Source: an uncultured Acidimicrobiales bacterium | GTDB lineage: Bacteria; Actinomycetota; Acidimicrobiia; Acidimicrobiales; VFJN01 | Reading direction: 5' to 3' | Assembly (NCBI GenBank): GCA_963735375.1 | Contig: CAVTKS010000007.1 | Coordinates: 10,434 to 74,433 of the forward strand | DNA: 64,000 bases | Shown here: positions 33,200-41,541 of the stretch, one piece after another | Numbering within the stretch: the stretch's first letter is position 1 | How the letters are laid out: every line of letters begins with the position of its first letter | Made by a program: the position numbers and the translations under genes | The notes under the pieces: generated by a model | The model's database searches: none | Told to the model about the DNA's origin: nothing | The model's input: the letters and a program-made list of their open reading frames with translations, nothing else

Positions 33200-34071
33200 T
33201 TGTCGACGTCCCGGTGCAGCACGCCCACGCGCTGCCCGTCGGCCCGGAGGCGCCTGGCCATCTCCTCGGCGATGGCCACCGATCGGTGGCGGCCACCCGT
33301 GCATCCCAACGCGATCGTGAGGTACGCCTTGCCCTCGGCCACGTACGCCGGCAGCAGCTGTTCGAGCAGGGTCTCGAGGTTGTCGAGGAACTGCCCGGCC
33401 GCCGGCTGCCCCAGCACGAAGTCCCGCACCGGCACGTCCAGGCCGGTCAACGGGCGCAGCTCGTCGACCCAGTGGGGGTTGGGCAGGAACCGGCAGTCGA
33501 ACACCAGGTCCGCGTCGAGCGGCAGGCCGTTCTTGTAGCCGAACGACAGGAGCGTGGTCTGCATCGTCGGCTCGGACTCGTCGCCGCCGAACAGCGTGTG
33601 CATGCGCCGCCGTAGCTCGTGCACGTTCAGCTCGCTCGTGTCGACGACCACGTCGGCCTCGGCCTTGACCGGCTCGAGCAGGAGGCGCTCGCGCTCGATG
33701 GCCGGGCCCAGGTGGCCGGACCCGGCCGCGGCGTCGCCCTCGTCGCCCGACAGCGGGTGGCGACGACGCGAGCTCTCGTACCGACGGACCAGCGTGTCGG
33801 TCGACGCCTCGAGGAACAGCACTCGTACCCGGGCTCCCGTCGACCGCAGCCACGCGAGCGTGGGCAGGATCTCGTCCTGGTAATGGCCGGTGCCCATGAC
33901 CAGCGCCACGCGCCCCACCTGTGAGCCGGGCGTCTGCGCCAGCTCGACCACCTTGGGGACCAGCTCGGGCGGCAGGTTGTCGATGACGAACCACCCGAGG
34001 TCCTCGAGGTCATCGGCCGCGAGGCTGCGCCCCGCACCCGACAACCCCGTGATCACGACGAACTCACCCAT
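33196..34071 (-). CDS. rapZ: RapZ/YvcJ P-loop nucleotide-binding protein
   Basis: ITGLSGAGRS, IDNLPP, RRRHPL, FDCRFLPNP, GCTGGRHRSV. Confidence 0.92.
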   Translation of the reverse strand: MGEFVVITGLSGAGRSLAADDLEDLGWFVIDNLPPELVPKVVELAQTPGSQVGRVALVMGTGHYQDEILPTLAWLRSTGARVRVLFLEASTDTLVRRYESSRRRHPLSGDEGDAAAGSGHLGPAIERERLLLEPVKAEADVVVDTSELNVHELRRRMHTLFGGDESEPTMQTTLLSFGYKNGLPLDADLVFDCRFLPNPHWVDELRPLTGLDVPVRDFVLGQPAAGQFLDNLETLLEQLLPAYVAEGKAYLTIALGCTGGRHRSVAIAEEMARRLRADGQRVGVLHRDVDK

Positions 34072-34108
34072 ACGACGTCAAGGCTACGGCCCCGCCGATG
34101 GACGGCAC

Positions 34109-34288
34109 TCGGGACGCTCGCTCAGTGCTTTCCGCTCTTGTCGCCTTCGGCGTCGGGCCGCTCGGGCCACGCTCGCTCTCTCGCCCTTCGGGACGCTCGC
34201 TCAGTGCTTTCCGCTCTTGTCGCCTTCGGCGACGGGCCGCTCGGGCCACGCTCGCTCTCTCGCCCTTCGGGACGCTCGCTCAGTGCTT
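34109..34288 (-). repeat. Two full 79-bp units plus a partial unit of the same repeat; no ATG and frame not kept
   Basis: TGA at 34280, 34201 and 34122 (period 79); units begin CTGA. Confidence 0.88.
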
Positions 34289-35027
34289 CTCGGCCCGCAG
34301 GAGCAGCAGGCGCGGGATCGTCGCTGCGTCCTCGTACTGCGGGGCGAGCGCCAGGAAGCGGGCCGGGGGTGCCGGCTCGAGCATGCGGGTGACGTACAGG
34401 CCGCGCTCGGCCAGCGAGTTCACGTAACGGCTCAGCGGGCGGTGGAAGAAGGGCAGGCGCACGCCGGCGTCGACCTCCTCGACCGACACGCCCTCGCTGA
34501 GGTACGGGCCGACCCGCCAGTACTGCTCCGGCGGGTCGAGCACCTGGTCGTCGATCCAGCCGCTGCCGGGCGTCTGGAACAGCGGGTGATTGACGAACAT
34601 CACGAACCGGCCTCCGGGACGCAGGACGCCGCGACACCTCGTCGAGGGCGCCGTCGAGGTCAGCGAGGTGCTCGAGGACCAGGCAGCTCACCACGGCGTC
34701 GAACCATCCCCCGACCAGCGGCAGCTCGGTGGCCGAGGCCCGGGCGTACGCCACGCCTCCGCCCCGCCGACCGGCCTCGAGGATCTGCGCGGCGGAGGCG
34801 TCGACCCCCACCACGTGGCGGGCGCCGCCCGAGGCTGCCAGCCGGGCGACCTGTCCCTCGCCGCACCCCAGGTCGAGGACGCGGGCCGCGCCGGCCAGGT
34901 GGCGGGCGGCCAGCGGCAGGATCTGCTCGGCGTACTCGACGTCGGCGCCGCGGGTGAACTCGTCCTGCCACCAGCCCGCGTGGCGCTCCCACACGGCGGC
35001 GGTGTCGAGCGCCTCGTCCTCGCTCAC
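34280..35027 (-). CDS. Class I SAM-dependent methyltransferase, frameshift ~34630
   Basis: VLDLGCGEG, VVGVDAS, FDAVVSCLVLEH; continues as FVNHPLFQTPGSGW in the next frame. Confidence 0.8.
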
Positions 35028-35104
35028 GTCTTCCGCTCTCGGCCTGCGGCCGGGCCGCTCGGGCCACGCTCGCTCTGCTCGCTCACGTCGGGACGCTCGC
35101 TCAC
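35024..35104 (-). repeat. Single 77-bp unit: mini-[29 protein letters not shown]
   Basis: GTG overlaps the uvrC TGA; TGA overlaps the methyltransferase GTG (GTGA at both ends). Confidence 0.88.
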
Positions 35105-36978
35105 GCCGTCCCCCTTCCCACCCGGTCGCCGTGGATCTTGCCGTAGACGGCGAGCGCCACGTCGTCGGGCAGCCAGGACAGCGCCCGCAGGTCCTCGAGC
35201 GACGCCTGCTTCACCGCCGCGACCCCGCCCAGCTCCTTGGTCAGGCGCTTCTTGCGGGTCGGTCCCAGGCCCCTGATGTCGTCGAGCACCGACTTGGTCA
35301 TGCGCTTCCCTCGGAGCTGGCGGTGGTACGAGATCGCGAAGCGGTGGGCCTCGTCACGGATGCGTTGGAGCATGTACAGCCCTTCGGACCCCCGCGCCAC
35401 CCGCACCGGGTCGGACATGCCGGGGACGTAGACCTCCTCGAACCGCTTGGCCAGCGAGGCCACCGGGATCTCCTCGTCGAGGCCCAGGTCCTCGAGCACG
35501 CGCAACGCCACGTTGAGCTGCCCCTTGCCGCCGTCGACCAGCAGGAGCTGGGGAGGGTACGAGAACTTGCCCGACCGCTCGCCCACCGGCAGGGCGCGCT
35601 CGTCGATGTAGGCGGTCAGGCGCCGGGTCAGCACCTCCTCCATGGCCGCGAAGTCGTCGTTGCCCGCCACCGTGCGCACCTTGAACCGCCGGTAGTCGGA
35701 CTTCTTGGGCAGGCCGTCCTCCATGACCACCATGGACCCCACGTAGTCGGTGCCCTGGATGTGGCTCATGTCGTAGCACTCGATCCGCAGGGGGGCCTCG
35801 GGCAGCCCGAGGGCGTCCTGCAGCTCGTTGAGCGCCTTCGCCCGGGCGTTGTGGTCGCTCGCCCGGCGCAACCGGTGGCGGGTGAACTCCTCGGACGCGT
35901 TCCGGGTGACCGTGGCCTGCAGCTCGCGCTTGGCGCCCCGCTGGGGCACCCGCACGTCGACCCGCGAGCCGCGCAGCAGCGTGAGCCAGTCGGCATAGAG
36001 CTCGGGGTCGTCGGGCTCGGTGGGCACCAGCACCGCCTTGGGCACGCCGAGCGGTGGGTCGTCGTACAGGCCCTCGAGCACGTCGCCCACCAGCTCGCCG
36101 GGCGCCAGGTCCTCGACCTTGTCGACCACGAACCCCTTGCGGCCGACCACCCGGCCCTTGCGGACGAAGAAGACCTGGACGGCCGCCTCGAGGTCGTCCT
36201 CGGCCATGCCGACGACGTCGAGGTCCTCGTTGCGCTCGGCCACCATCTGCTGGCGCTCGATGGCCTTGCGCACGCTGGTCAGCCGATCGCGCAGCCGGGC
36301 CGCCCGCTCGTACTCCAGCGTCGACGCGGCCTCGCGCATCTGCTCCTCGAGCCGGTGCACCACCGTGTCGGTGTCGCCGTCGAGGAAGTCGATCAGGTCG
36401 GCGACCAGGCGGTCGTAGGTCTCGCGGTCCACCTCGCCCACGCACGGGCCGGAGCACTTCTCGATGTGGAACAGCAGGCAGGGCCGGCCGAGCCGCTCGT
36501 GGCGCCCGAACTTGTTGTCGCTGCACGTGCGCAGTGGGAACGTGCGCAGCAGCAGGTCGAGCGTCTCGCGGATGGCGTAGGCGTGGCCGTACGGACCGAA
36601 GTAGCGCACACCTTTGCGCTTGCGGCCCCGCATGACCGTCGGACGGGGCCACTCGTCACCGACCGTGACCGCCAGGAACGGGTAGCTCTTGTCGTCGCGC
36701 AGCCGGATGTTGAACCGCGGCTTGTGCTGCTTGATGAGGCTGTACTCGAGCATGAGCGCCTCGACCTCGTTGCGGACCTGGATCCACTCGACGGTCTCGG
36801 CGGTGGCCACCATGCTCGCCGTGCGGGGCGGCAGGTTGCGGGGGGCCTGGAAGTAGTTCGAGAGCCGCTGGCGGAGCGAGCGCGCCTTGCCGACGTAGAT
36901 GACGCGGCCCTCGCGGTCCTTGAACTGGTAGGAGCCGGGGGCGTCGGGGATCGTGCCGGCCGGCGGTCGTTGCACCAC
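35101..36978 (-). CDS. uvrC: Excinuclease ABC subunit C
   Basis: GIY-YIG (PGSYQF..IYVGKA), RDDKSYP, RIECYDMSH, LLVDGGKGQ, RDEAHRFA, HhH. Confidence 0.97.
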   Translation of the reverse strand: MVQRPPAGTIPDAPGSYQFKDREGRVIYVGKARSLRQRLSNYFQAPRNLPPRTASMVATAETVEWIQVRNEVEALMLEYSLIKQHKPRFNIRLRDDKSYPFLAVTVGDEWPRPTVMRGRKRKGVRYFGPYGHAYAIRETLDLLLRTFPLRTCSDNKFGRHERLGRPCLLFHIEKCSGPCVGEVDRETYDRLVADLIDFLDGDTDTVVHRLEEQMREAASTLEYERAARLRDRLTSVRKAIERQQMVAERNEDLDVVGMAEDDLEAAVQVFFVRKGRVVGRKGFVVDKVEDLAPGELVGDVLEGLYDDPPLGVPKAVLVPTEPDDPELYADWLTLLRGSRVDVRVPQRGAKRELQATVTRNASEEFTRHRLRRASDHNARAKALNELQDALGLPEAPLRIECYDMSHIQGTDYVGSMVVMEDGLPKKSDYRRFKVRTVAGNDDFAAMEEVLTRRLTAYIDERALPVGERSGKFSYPPQLLLVDGGKGQLNVALRVLEDLGLDEEIPVASLAKRFEEVYVPGMSDPVRVARGSEGLYMLQRIRDEAHRFAISYHRQLRGKRMTKSVLDDIRGLGPTRKKRLTKELGGVAAVKQASLEDLRALSWLPDDVALAVYGKIHGDRVGRGTA

Positions 36979-37099
36979 CCTGCTGAGGGTAGAGGGTGCC
37001 GCCTGCTGTCAGATCTGCTCGTCCGGTTCCGGTTGTCAGATCTGCGCATGGAGTTCGTAAACTGCCGTTCAAGCCGGCCCGGCATTCCGGCTGCATATC

Positions 37100-37180
37100 G
37101 GTTCCGGGGACGACAACCCCGTGGGAGAGGCGACCGGGCTGTCCCCACCGTCCACAAACCGGAGCCACCTCGACGGAGGT
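37100..37180 (+). ncRNA. Candidate NAD+-I (nadA motif)-like riboswitch with SD-sequestering hairpin
   Basis: GGACG/CGTCC stem, ACAACCCC bulge, GTGGG/CCCAC stem, outer GGTTCCGG/CCGGAGCC; ACCTC-GACG-GAGGT hides the SD; directly 5' of nadA. Confidence 0.6.
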
Positions 37181-37188
37181 ACCACCCC

Positions 37189-38307
37189 ATGCTTCGGCTC
37201 CAGACCCCGCTCGACGAGCGGTACACCGCAGCGTCCTCAGACGACCTGGCCCCGCGCATCGCGGCGGCGAAGGCCGCGCTGGGCGACCGTTTGTTCATCC
37301 TCGGCCACCACTACCAGCGCGACGAGATCATCCGCTGGGCTGACGCCCGTGGCGACTCGTACCGCCTCTCGGTGCTGGCGCAGGAACGGCCAGAGGCCGA
37401 GCACATCGTGTTCTGTGGCGTGCACTTCATGGCCGAGTCGGCCGACATCCTGACCGGCGACCACCAGACGGTGGTCCTGCCCGACCTCAACGCCGGCTGC
37501 TCGATGGCCGACATGGCCGACATCGACGAGGTCGAGGAGGCCTGGGAGAGCCTGGCCGGCGTGACCGACATCGACCGGGTCGTGCCGATCACGTACATGA
37601 ACAGCTCGGCAGCCATCAAGGCGTTCGTCGGCCGCCACGGCGGCGCGGTGTGCACCTCCACCAACGCCCGCGCCGTCCTCGACTGGGCGCTCGGCGATGG
37701 CCCGGGCTCGTCGGGTGGGCAGGGCGACCAGGTGCTGTTCTTCCCCGACCAGCACCTGGGCCGCAACACCGGCATCGCCATGGGCTACGGGCTCGACGAC
37801 ATGCGCGTCTGGGATCCCCGCAAGGACCTGGGCGGCCTCACCGAGCGTGACTGCAAGGAGTCGACCTTCCTGCTGTGGCGCGGGCATTGCTCGATCCACC
37901 AGCGGTTCCGCCCCGAGCAGATCGCCGCGTTCCGGACCGAGCATCCCGACGGCATCGTGATCGTCCACCCCGAGGTGCCCCACGAGACCGTGCAGGTCGC
38001 CGACCAGGTCGGCTCGACCGACTACATCATCCGCGCCGTGGCCGATGCGCCCACCGGATCGACCATCGCGGTCGGCACCGAGGTCCACCTGGTCAACCGG
38101 TTGGCCCAGGAGAACCCCGACAAGGCCGTGGTGTCGCTCGACCCGCTGATCTGCCCGTGCTCCACCATGAACCGCATCGACGAGCCCCACCTGGCCTGGG
38201 TGTTGGACGAGCTGATCGAGGGCCGCGTCGTCAACCCCATCAGGGTCGACGACGCCACCGCCGAGTGGGCGCGGGTCGCGCTCCAGCGCATGCTCGACAT
38301 CACCTGA
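37189..38307 (+). CDS. nadA: Quinolinate synthase
   Basis: ILGHHYQRDE, FCGVHFMAESA, AGCSMAD, TYMNSSA, FFPDQHLG, HCSIH, VHPE, CPCSTMNRI. Confidence 0.95.
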   Translation: MLRLQTPLDERYTAASSDDLAPRIAAAKAALGDRLFILGHHYQRDEIIRWADARGDSYRLSVLAQERPEAEHIVFCGVHFMAESADILTGDHQTVVLPDLNAGCSMADMADIDEVEEAWESLAGVTDIDRVVPITYMNSSAAIKAFVGRHGGAVCTSTNARAVLDWALGDGPGSSGGQGDQVLFFPDQHLGRNTGIAMGYGLDDMRVWDPRKDLGGLTERDCKESTFLLWRGHCSIHQRFRPEQIAAFRTEHPDGIVIVHPEVPHETVQVADQVGSTDYIIRAVADAPTGSTIAVGTEVHLVNRLAQENPDKAVVSLDPLICPCSTMNRIDEPHLAWVLDELIEGRVVNPIRVDDATAEWARVALQRMLDIT

Positions 38308-38315
38308 CCGGCGAG

Positions 38316-40667
38316 TCACTCGCGCTGGCCGCGTCGCTCCGGCTCGCGACCCTGCGGTTGGGTCGGGCGCGGGCCCAGATGCACCGGCGTGACCGGGCGC
38401 TCGACGTCGTCGTCGCCGAGCGAGAGCTCCTTGCCCTCGTGCCAGATGGTCAGCGGCGGGCCGGCGAACCGGTGGTAGCTCACCGTCGTGCCGTCCGTCT
38501 CGACCCGCACGCCACTGCCCCGGTACTGCACCCGGAAGCTCAGCCGCCCGATGCCGCTGGGCAGGCGCGGCGCGAAGCACAGCCGCCCGTCGCGCGCCCG
38601 CATGCCGCCGAACCCCGCGACCAGCGCCGTCCAGGCGCCGGCGAGCGAGGCCATGTGGAGGCCGTCGCGGGTGTTGTGGTTGCGGTCCTCGAGGTCCATC
38701 AAGGCGGCCTCGGCCAGGTAGTCGTACGCCAGCTCGAGATGCCCCAGCTCGGCCGCGACGACCGCCTGCGTTGCCGCGGACAGGGACGAGTCACGCACGG
38801 TCAGCGCCTCGTAGTACTGGAAGTTGCGCTCCTTCTCGTCGGGCGTGAACGCGTCGCCGCGCAGGTGCAGCGCCAGCACCAGGTCGGGCTGCTTGACCAC
38901 CTGCTTGCGGTACAGGTCGAAGTACGGGAAGGACAGCAGCAGCGGGTACTGGTCCGGGCGGGTGCCGGCGAAGTCCCACACGGCGTGCTCGGTGAAGCCC
39001 TCGCTCTGGGGGTGCACCCCCAGCTCGTCGTCGTACGGGATGACCATCGCGTCGGCTGCGTCCCGCCACGACGCCATCTCCTCGGTGTCGACACCCAGGC
39101 CCTCGGCCAGATCAGGGTGGCGGGCGGCGACCTCTGCCGCTTCCCGCAGGTTCTGCTGGGCCATGAGGTTCGTGTAGACGTTGTTGTCGGCGATGGCGCT
39201 GTACTCGTCAGGGCCGGTCACGCCGTCGATGCGGTACCGTCCCTTGCGGTCGTGGTGACCCACGCTGCGCCACAGCCGTGCGGTCGAGACCAGCAGGTCG
39301 AGACCGACGTCGCGCTCGAAGTCCTCGTCCTGGGTCGCGTCCAGGTAGCGGACGACTGCGTCGGCGATGTCGGCGTTGATGTGGAACGCAGCGGTGCCCG
39401 CGGGCCAGTAGCCCGACGACTCGCGGCCCCGGATCGTGCGCCAGGGGAAGGCGGCCCCGTCGAGGCCCAGCTCGTGCGCCCGCTCCTGGGCGACAGGCAT
39501 CGTCAACTTGCGCCAGGTCAGGGCCGCCGCCGCCGCGTCGGGCTTGGTGTAGGTCAGCACGGGGAGGACGAACGTCTCTGTGTCCCAGAAGGTGTGGCCG
39601 TCGTACCCGGGGCCGGTGAGCCCTTTGCCCGGGATCGGCCGCTGCTCGGCCCGCGCGCCGGCCTGCAGGATGTGGAACAGGCCGAACCGCACGGCCTGCT
39701 GTACCTCGGCGTCGCCCTCGAGCTCGACGTCGGCGCCCGCCCAGAAGTCGTCGAGGTAGGCACGTTGCTCCGCCAGCAGCCCGTGCCACCCGGTCAACCG
39801 CGCCGCGGCCAGGGCGGCGACGACCTGGTCGTGCAGCGCCGGCCGGGTGCGCTGGCTCGACCATCCGTAGGCCAGGAACTTGACGATCCGCAGCCGCTCC
39901 CCCGGCCCGAGCCGGGTGGCGATCGTGAACCGGCAGGTGTCCGGCGAGCTGTCGATGTCGAGCTCGGTGTTCGACGGCCCCTCGACGACGTGTCGCATCC
40001 CCGAGGCGACCCGCAGCCCGCTCTGGCGCGTTCGATGCACCATCAGTGCCTCTGTGCCCGACGCGCTGTGCTCCTCGATCTCGAGGGGGCTCTCGAGCGC
40101 AGCCGCCGTGCGGGGGTCGGGGCCAAGGTCCGGCAGCGCCTCGTTGGCCACCAGCTCCGACTGGACCACGACGCGCAGTGACCGGTCGATCGGCTCGACC
40201 TCGAAGCAGATCGCCGCCACCGCCCGCTGTGTGAGCGACACCAGCCGCGTCGAGTTGACCCGGATGCCGTCGCCCGCCGGCGAGTGCCACTCGACCTGGC
40301 GCTCGAGAGTGCCCGCTCGTAGGTCGAGGCGGCGTGTGTGCGAGTCGAGCGTGCCGTAGCGGACGTCGAACGGCTCGTCGTCGACCAGCAGGCGGAACAG
40401 CTTGCCGTTGGTGACGTTGATGACCGTCTGACCCGACTCGGGATAGCCGTAGCCCTTCTCGCCGTGCGGCAGCGGCCGCGACTCGTAGACCGAATTGAGG
40501 TACGTGCCCGGCACGCCGTGGGGGTCGCCCTCGTCGAGGTTGCCCCGCAGACCGATGTGGCCGTTGGACAGGGCGAACACCGACTCGGTGCTTGCCAGCT
40601 CATCGAGGTGCAGCACCTCCTCGGTGACGAACCACGGCTCGACGGCGAAGTTCCGGTGCTCGCTCAT
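38316..40667 (-). CDS. GH65 glycoside phosphorylase (maltose/trehalose/kojibiose phosphorylase family)
   Basis: FALSNGHIGLRG, KGLTGPGYDGHTFWDTE, GVTGPDEY, VVKQPD, DSSLS. Confidence 0.92.
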   Translation of the reverse strand: MSEHRNFAVEPWFVTEEVLHLDELASTESVFALSNGHIGLRGNLDEGDPHGVPGTYLNSVYESRPLPHGEKGYGYPESGQTVINVTNGKLFRLLVDDEPFDVRYGTLDSHTRRLDLRAGTLERQVEWHSPAGDGIRVNSTRLVSLTQRAVAAICFEVEPIDRSLRVVVQSELVANEALPDLGPDPRTAAALESPLEIEEHSASGTEALMVHRTRQSGLRVASGMRHVVEGPSNTELDIDSSPDTCRFTIATRLGPGERLRIVKFLAYGWSSQRTRPALHDQVVAALAAARLTGWHGLLAEQRAYLDDFWAGADVELEGDAEVQQAVRFGLFHILQAGARAEQRPIPGKGLTGPGYDGHTFWDTETFVLPVLTYTKPDAAAAALTWRKLTMPVAQERAHELGLDGAAFPWRTIRGRESSGYWPAGTAAFHINADIADAVVRYLDATQDEDFERDVGLDLLVSTARLWRSVGHHDRKGRYRIDGVTGPDEYSAIADNNVYTNLMAQQNLREAAEVAARHPDLAEGLGVDTEEMASWRDAADAMVIPYDDELGVHPQSEGFTEHAVWDFAGTRPDQYPLLLSFPYFDLYRKQVVKQPDLVLALHLRGDAFTPDEKERNFQYYEALTVRDSSLSAATQAVVAAELGHLELAYDYLAEAALMDLEDRNHNTRDGLHMASLAGAWTALVAGFGGMRARDGRLCFAPRLPSGIGRLSFRVQYRGSGVRVETDGTTVSYHRFAGPPLTIWHEGKELSLGDDDVERPVTPVHLGPRPTQPQGREPERRGQRE

Positions 40668-40744
40668 CGCTCTCCGCTCATGCTGCTCCGCAGCGGGCCG
40701 CTCGGGCCACGCTCGCTCTCACGCCCTCCGGGACGCTCGCTCAT
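40664..40744 (-). repeat. Single 77-bp unit: mini-[29 protein letters not shown]
   Basis: ATGA overlaps at both ends (beta-PGM stop, GH65 start); 22-bp direct repeats at 40658-40679 and 40735-40756. Confidence 0.9.
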
Positions 40745-41502
40745 CGCTCTCCGCTCTCCGGCCCCGGGGCGTCGAGGAGCTCGCTCAGGTCCTCGACCAC
40801 GATGTCGGCGCCGTGCGCTCGCAGCCCGGCGGCCTGGCCCACCCTGTCGACGCCCACCACCAGCCCGAAGCCACCCGCCCTCCCGGCCTCGACACCGGCC
40901 AGCGCGTCCTCGAACACCGCGGCGGCACCTGCGTGCAACCCCAACGCAGCGGCGCCGGCGAGGAACGTGTCGGGCGCCGGCTTGCCCGCCAGGCCCTGCT
41001 CGGCGGCGACCAGACCGTCGATGCGCACCTCGAACAGGTCGGCGATGCCGGCGGAATCGAGGACCTGTGCCGTGTTGGCGCTCGACGACACGACCGCCGT
41101 GTGCAGTCCCGCAGCCCGCACGGCACGCACGTACCGCACCGAGCCGTCGAACACCTCGACCCGATCGTCGTCGAGCAGCCGGAGCACCAGCTCGTTCTTG
41201 GCGTTGCTCAGGCCGTGGACCGTCGGCGCCCGCGCCGGGTCGTCGGGTGTGCCCTCCGGCAGCTCGATGCCGCGCGCACGGAGGAACGAGCGTGTCCCGT
41301 CGAGGCGCGGCCGCCCGTCGACAAAGCGGTCGTAATCGGCAGGGGTGAAGGGCCGCAGGTCCTCGCCGGCGTGCGGGGCCCGAGCGCCGAGGAAGTTGTC
41401 GAACATCTCCGCCCAGGCGCGGGCGTGGACGCTGGCGGTGCGCGTGAGCACGCCGTCGAGGTCGAAGAGGCAGCCGGTCACTCCGGGGGGAAGTCCGAGC
41501 AC
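40741..41502 (-). CDS. Beta-phosphoglucomutase-family HAD hydrolase
   Basis: LFDLDGVLT, VSSS, GKPAPD, FEDALAG; paired with GH65. Confidence 0.88.
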   Translation of the reverse strand: MLGLPPGVTGCLFDLDGVLTRTASVHARAWAEMFDNFLGARAPHAGEDLRPFTPADYDRFVDGRPRLDGTRSFLRARGIELPEGTPDDPARAPTVHGLSNAKNELVLRLLDDDRVEVFDGSVRYVRAVRAAGLHTAVVSSSANTAQVLDSAGIADLFEVRIDGLVAAEQGLAGKPAPDTFLAGAAALGLHAGAAAVFEDALAGVEAGRAGGFGLVVGVDRVGQAAGLRAHGADIVVEDLSELLDAPGPESGER

Positions 41503-41541
41503 ATGCTCTGGTTACCCGATCCGGCCGCGGATGTGAACCGA

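Noticed and set aside
34729-37188. 1192-aa ORF as a giant NadA fusion
   Set aside because: The upstream part is the antisense shadow of uvrC; the real nadA starts at 37189 after a GGAGGT SD.
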